From a virus, in IMG/VR virus record IMGVR_UViG_3300025141_000021: a stretch of 64,000 bases of DNA. One strand, given 5' to 3'. Below, piece by piece: positions 27,300 through 36,110 of this stretch. Position numbers and translations under genes: made by a program. Under the pieces are notes generated by a model. The model searched no databases. It was not told where the DNA came from and worked only from the letters and a program-made list of their open reading frames with translations. Within the stretch, counting starts at the first letter, position 1. Every line of letters begins with the position of its first letter.

Positions 27300-30200
27300 C
27301 TAAGTGATTGGATTTTTATATTTTATTTTGAATGCCAAATTTAAATCGAATTTTCTGCCTGTTGCCCTGGACGTAAACCTAACTTTAAAACGTTTTCCGT
27401 TTCTTCCGGCCGGTTGATTAATATTTTCATCGGAGTTTGTCCATATCGCATCATCATCTGGGCCCAGCTGTATGTCTGTGAGATCTACATTCGTACCAAC
27501 AACCACCGATTGAGGATCTCCAGCAGTTGGGGCGCCTTGGAGTTCTTCTGCCAGCCATGGCTCAGAAGCAAAAATCGCATCATTTCCTGATGTATCTATG
27601 TTGGATGCATCAAAATTAACCAATATCTGTTCAAGAGCCGGTTTAATTTCAACATACCTTCTGATAGAACGTGATGGTTTGGTACCTTCTTCTGTGGCCA
27701 TATTGTATTCTTTGATTGTTTGAAACACTGTTCCGCCGTCATCAACCATCTCCACTTCAAAAACCATAGTTGGGTTTGAGGTATGTCCATGATTGTCTAT
27801 GCACCTAAACATATAATAATACTTTTTATTTGGGCGTACTGTATCAAGAAAACTAGCCGATGTTGCTTCTCCATTTGTGTTGTGTCTGGCCCATAGTTTA
27901 TCAGCAAAATCGTCATACGATGATGGCTTTGTATCCATTCTAAATATTTCAAATATTGTCGGAAAATCATCTGATTTATAAACCAGTCGGCCACCTGATT
28001 CTCTATAGGGCGGGCTGTTGGGGATGTCAGCAAGAAACGAGGCCTCGTCTGGCAATATTGGAATGGGGACTGCTGCATATTTCCCAACGTTGCCATTTAA
28101 GTGGAATAAGATTCTATCGCTCTTTCCTCTATGTTGAAGTATATTAACATCTGGAAAAATGGGAGGATGATCGATAACTTTTGTAGGTTGGTTGTGCACA
28201 GCGTAAAAGGGAACCTCATATACTCTTAATACTGGCTTCCAAACCGCATCGAATTCCACGCCGGTGCGGATCGAGTTGGTCGCGCTGTTAAAATCCCGAA
28301 ACCAGTCAATAGAGTTGGATACATATTTATATTGCGTACCAATTACAAGTCGATGATTCCAAATTTTATACTTATATTTTTTGTTGTATTTCACTTGTGT
28401 GTCGACAAATTTCTTGACGCCGCGGCCACCGCCTAGGCCGGCTTCGTCATAAACTTCTGGTAAATAAAAATTTTGTATTGTATTCCAGTTTCCAAATTCA
28501 TCTTCTTCCATCTTTTCAATTCTGTAAGAAAGAGAGTAATTTGAGCACAGCGCGCCAGGTACAGATTGCCGATTCGGGCCGCCGGCGGGCGAAGTCATAA
28601 ATGGATTCATCTCGTCCATAACAAAATTTTTAAAATCTTGCGCAAACTTCATTAAACCCATTACTCTGTCTATTGCTTCAAGTTCTTCCTCGCCGGTCAG
28701 GGCGGCCACATCCACATCTTGGCCCGTGCCGCCTCCATATGCCGAAAGTACCCTAACTCTCCCTTCTCCATCTACGTGATTTGGCAAAACCGTCACATAT
28801 GGCTCAAAATTTGTTCCAAGCTTTGAAAATATTCCTGCAGCGGCTTCCATAAAATCTTCTAAATTGTTTAGAGCAACATCTTCTGCTTCCGCGTCTGCTA
28901 CAGCAGTGATTCCGGCTAATCTGGACCATTCGTCAAACCAACTGGTCATATCTAGATATCTCATGGTACCTTTGGCGCCTTGGCCGTTGGATAATACTCC
29001 CCCTTCGAAGGCGATATCCGGGTCTGGTCGTTCGCCTAGGTAGGCAGCGGTCCCAACTCCGTGCCCCGGGCCCTGAGAGCCTACCAAGGTCTGCCGGATC
29101 TTGAAGAAGCTGGCCGCCCAGTGGGCCTGGTCCGCGTCGAGTTGGATGGTTGGCATGCCGGTGCGATATGCGGACGCCCAACCTCCGCTTGTATAACGCA
29201 TCTGATACTGGGCGCTGGGTTCTTCTCCCAGAGTGTGGTCGATATTATTGTTCGTCTGCGCCTGGCGGATGTCGGCAGGAATCGTGGGATATGATTTTAC
29301 CCATTGTGTTAAAATTTCGTCTAACAATCCTGTTTCTTTCAGTTTGTTAACAATATTAAAGCCGCTATTGCCGGATGATTGATCGACCCCTCCGCCGAAT
29401 TCTATATCAACATACATGGGATATAATTTTTTCGTGGACTGATCGGAAGTAAACTCATCAAAACTTTCAGCCGGTATCATTACATTTTTCCACTTATTCG
29501 ACAATGCGTCTAGAGTGATCGCGTTGGGCGCGCCGGTATATATATCAGGGCCTGCGCGCACTGGAACTTGCGCAGAAGGCGCTTGCCCTGCTGAAAATAC
29601 ATCAATCGCAGAAGACCATTTATCATAATATTCACCATGTTGTGATTCCGCAACTTTCTCGCCGACGGCGGATTGAATATCTGTAAAGCTATTTCGAATG
29701 CTTCCGCCAAGAGATATTAAATTATAATATTCTGTAAAAGTACCATTTTGCTCAAATATGGGAGTATCAATCGCAGGATCGTATACTCCATTGCCGTCCT
29801 CATCTGTAAATCCGATTTGGGTTGTATTAACCGATGCACCATCTGCTCCTTTTGTAAACGTATCTGCCATAAACGCGTATAAGCATGGCAAAACTGTTTC
29901 TGGAATCGATGGTGAAGCTATTTTTGTTTCATATGTGGGTATATAAAAATTATATCGAGGAACAATATTAATATAAGGCGTGCCCGGGGCGGTGGTGGTG
30001 GCATTGACACCTGCAGGTATCTCACATCTAAAAGTGTCGCATTTATACCAGGTATCAAATTTAATGCTAGGTATGGCTCCTTCAGTCTTGTCAAGAAATG
30101 ATGTTATATTGCCGGCTAATGAAACACCGCCAGGAACGGCGCTTCCAATAATCGCTGCATATGCTTGTTTGGCCGCCCACCATGTGTCTGGTCCCACCCA

Positions 30201-31658
30201 GCCCATCGCATGTAATAGTTGACTATTGGTGATCCCCCCGAGCGGGAGACCCAGGTGGACGACGGCCACTGGCTGACCCGACCAATTGCTATCCGCTGAG
30301 ACGTTGTCGATATCACTATTTTTGAACTTTGGCGAGCCATCCGAATTAACGGCCACGTCGCCGTAGCCAGGATCGGCAAGTGCGGCAGGGTGTCGACCCA
30401 GCCCCTCGGCAGCCAGGTAAACAGCATCGGACTTACTTCTAAGATAATTATAACAACCGTTGACGGCGGGCGGCGTGTTTGGCAGATAATCACCAGGAAA
30501 AATCCATCCTTGCTTCCGAGCATGGGTCAAAAATGTTTCGAGGGAGGTCTTGAGGGCGGATGGCGCGCCACCGATGCGGAGATCGTTATACCAGTCGCAG
30601 TGCCAGTATGGCCCGTTGGCGATCTGGTATTGACTGGTACTGGTGTTGTCGGTAAGCTCACCGAAAGACAAGGGGCCCAGGCCAGGGGCTGAAACCAATT
30701 CAATTAACGTTTTTGTAAAACCAGTTTCGCCGCCGGTGTAGGCTGCAAGGGCGCCATCGGTACCAGAGCCGGCACCTGAATGTGATTGAGAAACAAGGCC
30801 GGCAGCATATTGTTCAGCTAGAGAATCACCTAAGAAGCTGCGAACCATGATTTCATCAAAATTTGCAGCGCCGACGGCTATGGTCGTTCCGGGTTGAGTC
30901 GCCGCGTAAGATATACTATCCGGCATGCCAATTTCAACAGCGCTGGGCATGCCAACCTTCAGTCTATATTTTCTGGATGTTCCAGTGAGGGTTAGCTTGT
31001 GAATTGCTATAAGTTCATTTTTCACGATCCCTACGGCACCAATCAACATGTCGGCCAGGTTGTCGAACTGGGCCAGGGAGGCGTTGCCGAAGAAGTCCGA
31101 GATCACAGTCTGATCCCAGACTTGGAAAGCCATTTGTGCCATGTCCGTCAGCTCCTTCTCGAGGTAGAAGCCCGACGATGCAACTTCGGCCAAGTTTGAA
31201 GCCTCAGGCGTACTATTATATTTTTGAACAAAATCTGCGGCCAAATCGAGAGCTTCTGGGCTGACCGGTGCCGGCCAGACGGGGCCCCAGGCAATCTTTA
31301 AAAGCAAAGACGGTGGAAAAAGGCTAACATTCTTCTGTTCGTCGACGTGCAAAGAATCCATGCTTGGTGGCAGGATCCGAGAAACCCACTCGTTGCCGCC
31401 CGGAGTCGGCCACGTGGCGGGATTAAAATTATACGCTCTGCGAATGAAATTAGTCCGATTCTCATGTCTTATCCAATAGCGGCCAAGAGTGAGCATGAAA
31501 TGATCTAATTCGCGACAATTCGGGCAATGACCGCGGTGGGGGGGGGCCACGGTCCAGTGCCTCCTTTTATTGTTATCTAGGTGGAAACATTTATCTTTCT
31601 CGGCGCGGCCGTCGATATATTCCTGTATGGCATAAAATATAAACCACTTTTTAGCCAT
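27300..31658 (-). CDS. Large hypothetical virion protein
   Basis: 1452 aa. The C-terminal FN3-like segment has KKYYYMFRCIDNHGHTSNP. Internal GC content is patchy. Confidence 0.7.
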   Translation of the reverse strand: MAKKWFIFYAIQEYIDGRAEKDKCFHLDNNKRRHWTVAPPHRGHCPNCRELDHFMLTLGRYWIRHENRTNFIRRAYNFNPATWPTPGGNEWVSRILPPSMDSLHVDEQKNVSLFPPSLLLKIAWGPVWPAPVSPEALDLAADFVQKYNSTPEASNLAEVASSGFYLEKELTDMAQMAFQVWDQTVISDFFGNASLAQFDNLADMLIGAVGIVKNELIAIHKLTLTGTSRKYRLKVGMPSAVEIGMPDSISYAATQPGTTIAVGAANFDEIMVRSFLGDSLAEQYAAGLVSQSHSGAGSGTDGALAAYTGGETGFTKTLIELVSAPGLGPLSFGELTDNTSTSQYQIANGPYWHCDWYNDLRIGGAPSALKTSLETFLTHARKQGWIFPGDYLPNTPPAVNGCYNYLRSKSDAVYLAAEGLGRHPAALADPGYGDVAVNSDGSPKFKNSDIDNVSADSNWSGQPVAVVHLGLPLGGITNSQLLHAMGWVGPDTWWAAKQAYAAIIGSAVPGGVSLAGNITSFLDKTEGAIPSIKFDTWYKCDTFRCEIPAGVNATTTAPGTPYINIVPRYNFYIPTYETKIASPSIPETVLPCLYAFMADTFTKGADGASVNTTQIGFTDEDGNGVYDPAIDTPIFEQNGTFTEYYNLISLGGSIRNSFTDIQSAVGEKVAESQHGEYYDKWSSAIDVFSAGQAPSAQVPVRAGPDIYTGAPNAITLDALSNKWKNVMIPAESFDEFTSDQSTKKLYPMYVDIEFGGGVDQSSGNSGFNIVNKLKETGLLDEILTQWVKSYPTIPADIRQAQTNNNIDHTLGEEPSAQYQMRYTSGGWASAYRTGMPTIQLDADQAHWAASFFKIRQTLVGSQGPGHGVGTAAYLGERPDPDIAFEGGVLSNGQGAKGTMRYLDMTSWFDEWSRLAGITAVADAEAEDVALNNLEDFMEAAAGIFSKLGTNFEPYVTVLPNHVDGEGRVRVLSAYGGGTGQDVDVAALTGEEELEAIDRVMGLMKFAQDFKNFVMDEMNPFMTSPAGGPNRQSVPGALCSNYSLSYRIEKMEEDEFGNWNTIQNFYLPEVYDEAGLGGGRGVKKFVDTQVKYNKKYKYKIWNHRLVIGTQYKYVSNSIDWFRDFNSATNSIRTGVEFDAVWKPVLRVYEVPFYAVHNQPTKVIDHPPIFPDVNILQHRGKSDRILFHLNGNVGKYAAVPIPILPDEASFLADIPNSPPYRESGGRLVYKSDDFPTIFEIFRMDTKPSSYDDFADKLWARHNTNGEATSASFLDTVRPNKKYYYMFRCIDNHGHTSNPTMVFEVEMVDDGGTVFQTIKEYNMATEEGTKPSRSIRRYVEIKPALEQILVNFDASNIDTSGNDAIFASEPWLAEELQGAPTAGDPQSVVVGTNVDLTDIQLGPDDDAIWTNSDENINQPAGRNGKRFKVRFTSRATGRKFDLNLAFKIKYKNPIT

Positions 31659-34600
31659 CTAGTATTTTCCTCCGCCGCCGCGGCCTGAGCCAGATTTACC
31701 ACGCATAGTGCCGCGGCCTGTCCTAGCTTTTCTAGCCGATTTTTGGCGCGGCGGGGCCTTTATGCTAACTTTAGCTTTTTGTTGTGATGGACGCCGCCGG
31801 GGAGCTTTTGCTTTTTTTGTATCTGGGCTGCTCTTCGGCTTTTTTCGGGCGCCCTTCGGGGGTGACATGATAAAATGTTTATTATAAACGGGCATTTTTA
31901 ATCCGTGTCGAGGTGGACAAGTTTTAGGGGATTCCGCTGGGCCCGGGTCTTTATTAGCTAGTCGACAAATTTTATCCTCATCGCCCTCTTCTAAATCTGT
32001 TTTTGATAAAGACTCCCATTTTTCTTTTCCATTGCCATCATATCCTTTAAGTACTTCAATTTTCATAGAAAGCCCAGAGCTTAAACGTTTAGAAGGCGGG
32101 ATGGGATCAAACTCGGATGCAAGATTCTTTGTCGGCGGTCCTTTTAACTTTGTTGATAATCCGGTATTTGCCACCATTGTTGGTTGTATATCCCTTGATC
32201 CATGAAGTCCATTATAAATATCTCCTTGAATTAAATTTATTAAAACATCTGCAGCTGCAAGTTCAGCATCTTCTAATTCTGCACTTTTAGATTCACATGC
32301 AAATTCACACTCCGGTTCCGGATTTGGCAAGAAGTTCTCTCTTGAAAATCTTGTGCCGGGGCCCAAAAAGACTGATGCATCTAATTTTGGACCGGGTTCC
32401 ACGACACTTACCCGTGGAGGGTCAGGGGCGAAACGAACTGGTTCTGTATCCCCTTCGTCGAAGCGGCGGCCTACACCTCGATCAGCCTCAGCCTTTTCTG
32501 CAGCAATTTCGCGGAGCGTCTTGGCCGTATCAAGTATACGAGGTACCGCTATTGAAGCAGCCGAAAGGGTGGGATATGAGCGAACTATATTCGTGCTTTT
32601 TCGGGATTTACGTGCTTTGCGACCAGGATTGATATCTGATATTGGTAGAACAATTATATTCTTTTTTGCCAATATTGCTGTTAAATTATTAACTTTATTA
32701 ACTCTAGCTTGGCTATATTTACCCTTTCGGGTTTTCTTAGATCGGCTTCTTCCTTTGCCTCGCCTTGCTCCGGACATTGGTTTTTGTGGTGATTCTTTTA
32801 AAGAATTATAACCTAAAGCGGCCACTTCCATTTCTTCGTGCAATTCTGCTTTTTCTTCCTTAGTCATATCTTCATCAATTAAGGAAACAGATTCAAAACC
32901 ACTAAAGTTTATATTTGAGGGAGATAGGTCAGCAAATTCAGACATCTCGCCTTCTCGATTTGTTTCTTCTAGGCCAATGCGTTTCTCAATTTCTTCTTGA
33001 TCGATAATTGTAGCCCCTGTTGATCCAACGTTGGAGGCCATAGGCCCAGCAGACAGATAATCAAAGCCAGTACCAGAAGGAATATTTGAATCATAAATTT
33101 CCGAAAATCTTTTTGTTATTTTCACCAATGCCGGCGTTTTTTTAGTGGCAAATCTTGCAGGCGCAACTGGTCGATCTGCGTTATTGCTGCTTGGTCCACC
33201 TCTAAGAACCTTAATATTAAGTGTTTTTTCCAATTCTTTAATTAGATGAGATACGACTTGTACAAATGTCAATACTCCCTGCGCATTTCCATTAGCAGGG
33301 CTAATAAATATAGAAAGCTTTCTTTGAAGATTTTGCATGAGTTCTTCATTATCAGATGACAAAAAATCAAAATTTGTAATATATGCGTCAACCCACTGTG
33401 CTCTCTTTCCTTCGTGATTTTGGGTTCCATAGGTTCCTTTAAATTCTTTTGTAAATCGATTTGTTACGATATTAAAATTAGTGGCCTTTGTACATATAGT
33501 ATAATACGCATCTATTTCTGTTTTAAGCGCAGTTAGCTCAATTAGTTTCTTTTTCAAGATATCTGCGCTCTTATCTTCTATTTCAAGCTCTACTTCGTAT
33601 TTATAATACCCATCAGTTACATCACTCATTGTTCTATCTAAACAAGTAAAATGTCTAATACCTCTATTTGTTCTTTTTGCAACCTCTCTTAAACTTCCGA
33701 CTGAATCAGAAACCATATTAAGCACTAATCCGGGGGTGTCTTTTGAAACAGCAATCATGACCGGTATGCTAAGCTCTTCGTTTAAACGCTTATAATCTCC
33801 GGAGCCCGGGCTGAAAAGTTTGCCGCCCTCTATGGCATTTCCAAGTCGATTTAAAGAAGGAGTACTTTCAACTCTATATCTCATAATTTTCATTGATCGG
33901 ATCTTAATATTTTTCAGAAGCTCGAATTCCGCTTCACGACCTGATCCATATAAATGACCATAATGTGTCTGATATTTCGCAATCTTAAGCATATCAACTC
34001 CGAAAAATAAGCTAGCTTGTTCTTCGGTATTCCTTGATATCAATGCATCTTTTATATAAATATGTTTTTCGGCAACCCCTAATTTGTTGTTTTTTATCAG
34101 TTTTTTGCTTAATGGCGTGAGGGCACCTTCTAAAAGTGATCTAATTCCAAATGCGTCTTCTGAAGTTGACCCTAGGCTTAGCCTTTTAATTCTTAAGACA
34201 TCTCTAAAATCTTGTATGTTAATTGATGCTCCATCGGCCCGAGCAGTTTCTATTCTATCTGGCTTTACTATCGTATGTGCGTGCCCATCTGCCTGCACCA
34301 CCATCCAGCCAGTAATTCCATGTTTGTGGGTTGTCTCGGCCCCGTCGGCGTCGACCTCGGTTACCATCATGGCAGTGCCGGTGCCTTTGTTATCGATAAC
34401 ATATGTATGATGATGCCCATCTTCTATAGAAGTAATTCCAGTCATTGGTTCAGTGATGGTTGTCTTTCCAACAATAAAAGAATCTTCAAGTACTCTTGCG
34501 GTAAGCATTTTTCCATACATTGGTACCGGAAGCGCCTCAAGTGTCATACCAAATTCTTCCGATATTGCTTTTGTGTCCAAATATGGAATAATGTGATACG

Positions 34601-35150
34601 ATAAATATTTTAAATCGTCGCTCTTTCTTTTTATTGGAAACGATATATCAATTGGAATTTGGAATATTCTCACTCCGCGGGAATTGATTGTGTTTGAATA
34701 GTTGCCAAATTTTAAAGCGATATCCCCCACTCCCCCCACAACTTCTTGTGATGGATTTATCGAACGAATCCTCATATCATCATCTACGAATAATAGAGCT
34801 TGTTTTTTGTCCCGTTCTGGCAAATCTTGGATTAGATCGCGTATCCTGTTTGGGCTAAGTTCAGAAAGATTACCATTTCCTATTATTTTTAATATGCCAA
34901 GCTTAGCTTCTCTCATAAGCTTGCTGGAATACTCAGCATCGATGCTTTGAACAATTTTAAGTTTAAGATATTTGGCATACTTTCCGGTTATCCAAGATCC
35001 TTTGCCCTTGCGGCCAATCTTTTCTTGAAGCATTAAACTTATCATTATTAAAAGGCCGCCGTCATTAGCTGTTTCTAATACAATTTTTTCAATAGCCGGG
35101 AGCGGGGCTATGGAATTAATTAATTTTTTAAATCTACCGTTTGCAGCCAT
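31659..35150 (-). CDS. Large hypothetical protein with His cluster and basic tails
   Basis: 1163 aa. DGHHH..HKH..GHAH cluster and a K/R-rich C-terminus. Confidence 0.7.
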   Translation of the reverse strand: MAANGRFKKLINSIAPLPAIEKIVLETANDGGLLIMISLMLQEKIGRKGKGSWITGKYAKYLKLKIVQSIDAEYSSKLMREAKLGILKIIGNGNLSELSPNRIRDLIQDLPERDKKQALLFVDDDMRIRSINPSQEVVGGVGDIALKFGNYSNTINSRGVRIFQIPIDISFPIKRKSDDLKYLSYHIIPYLDTKAISEEFGMTLEALPVPMYGKMLTARVLEDSFIVGKTTITEPMTGITSIEDGHHHTYVIDNKGTGTAMMVTEVDADGAETTHKHGITGWMVVQADGHAHTIVKPDRIETARADGASINIQDFRDVLRIKRLSLGSTSEDAFGIRSLLEGALTPLSKKLIKNNKLGVAEKHIYIKDALISRNTEEQASLFFGVDMLKIAKYQTHYGHLYGSGREAEFELLKNIKIRSMKIMRYRVESTPSLNRLGNAIEGGKLFSPGSGDYKRLNEELSIPVMIAVSKDTPGLVLNMVSDSVGSLREVAKRTNRGIRHFTCLDRTMSDVTDGYYKYEVELEIEDKSADILKKKLIELTALKTEIDAYYTICTKATNFNIVTNRFTKEFKGTYGTQNHEGKRAQWVDAYITNFDFLSSDNEELMQNLQRKLSIFISPANGNAQGVLTFVQVVSHLIKELEKTLNIKVLRGGPSSNNADRPVAPARFATKKTPALVKITKRFSEIYDSNIPSGTGFDYLSAGPMASNVGSTGATIIDQEEIEKRIGLEETNREGEMSEFADLSPSNINFSGFESVSLIDEDMTKEEKAELHEEMEVAALGYNSLKESPQKPMSGARRGKGRSRSKKTRKGKYSQARVNKVNNLTAILAKKNIIVLPISDINPGRKARKSRKSTNIVRSYPTLSAASIAVPRILDTAKTLREIAAEKAEADRGVGRRFDEGDTEPVRFAPDPPRVSVVEPGPKLDASVFLGPGTRFSRENFLPNPEPECEFACESKSAELEDAELAAADVLINLIQGDIYNGLHGSRDIQPTMVANTGLSTKLKGPPTKNLASEFDPIPPSKRLSSGLSMKIEVLKGYDGNGKEKWESLSKTDLEEGDEDKICRLANKDPGPAESPKTCPPRHGLKMPVYNKHFIMSPPKGARKKPKSSPDTKKAKAPRRRPSQQKAKVSIKAPPRQKSARKARTGRGTMRGKSGSGRGGGGKY

Positions 35151-35162
35151 TTGTTTGTTTTT

Positions 35163-36110
35163 CTACTCCTTGGTAAAAACGCTTTTCGCTTTTCTTCCTG
35201 GATGTAAGGCCCTTATTGTTTCTTTTGGTATTTCTGAATCAATCGAAACCTCCATATAATATTCAACACTAGTATTATCAGTTTCATATTCGATTTCTTG
35301 AATTTCGTTTGGATCCAATAATAAATTATTCTGTACTAAAGAAGTTCTCTTCGCAAAAGATAGGGGAGTTAATTCCTCATGAAGATCGCTTCTGGTAATC
35401 CCGGGCGTTGTTTGACCACCAGTAACATCTTCAACTTCAAAAACTTCAATATCAAAATTTTCGTTTGTAAATAATGAATTGTTTTCAAGTACTTCTAAAA
35501 TAATTCTCTCTTTAGTACCCCCCATATTAACTGAAGTACCATCATATTCAAGCTCATATTCGATATCTGCATCTAGTTGTGGGATTCTAAAGTTTGGATG
35601 TGATCCTGTAGAATAGCTAACGGAACTTGAAAGTTCTCCAGCCAAAAAATTAATTGCCCATGATGGTAAAAATTCTGAATTTAATTCAGATGTTCCCAGT
35701 GGTGCGCCCAGAATATACGCTTTCTCTGCAGTTGGTGGAGGGAGCGGCTTGGGCTCGCGGTAAACCTGATACAACGTGCTGGCACGGCGCGCGGTTCCAG
35801 GTGGGAGGGCGGGATGCTGGAGGAAGTGGCGCTTACTTACCTGCGTTTCTGCGCCAGTATATATGTGTTGTACACGAAGATTTGGAGTGTCGTCTTGAAT
35901 TCTGCCCTCTGTTGCATTCTGTGCCTCAGATACAGGCTCGGGGTCATGACCGGGAGTCAAAGTCGGCGCGCTGTATTGTATATCATACAAAATGTCATCA
36001 TCAAAAAAAGCATAATATGTTGGACGCCATTTGCCCTTGGAAAGCAAAGTTTTTCCATATTGGGTTAGCTTAATTTCAATTACTTCTTCTTTTTTATTAA
36101 AAAATGTCAT
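35163..36110 (-). CDS. Virion structural protein, N-terminus paralogous to 26287..27222
   Basis: 315 aa. EIKLTQYGKTLLSKGKWRPTYYAFFDDDILYD. Confidence 0.6.
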   Translation of the reverse strand: MTFFNKKEEVIEIKLTQYGKTLLSKGKWRPTYYAFFDDDILYDIQYSAPTLTPGHDPEPVSEAQNATEGRIQDDTPNLRVQHIYTGAETQVSKRHFLQHPALPPGTARRASTLYQVYREPKPLPPPTAEKAYILGAPLGTSELNSEFLPSWAINFLAGELSSSVSYSTGSHPNFRIPQLDADIEYELEYDGTSVNMGGTKERIILEVLENNSLFTNENFDIEVFEVEDVTGGQTTPGITRSDLHEELTPLSFAKRTSLVQNNLLLDPNEIQEIEYETDNTSVEYYMEVSIDSEIPKETIRALHPGRKAKSVFTKE

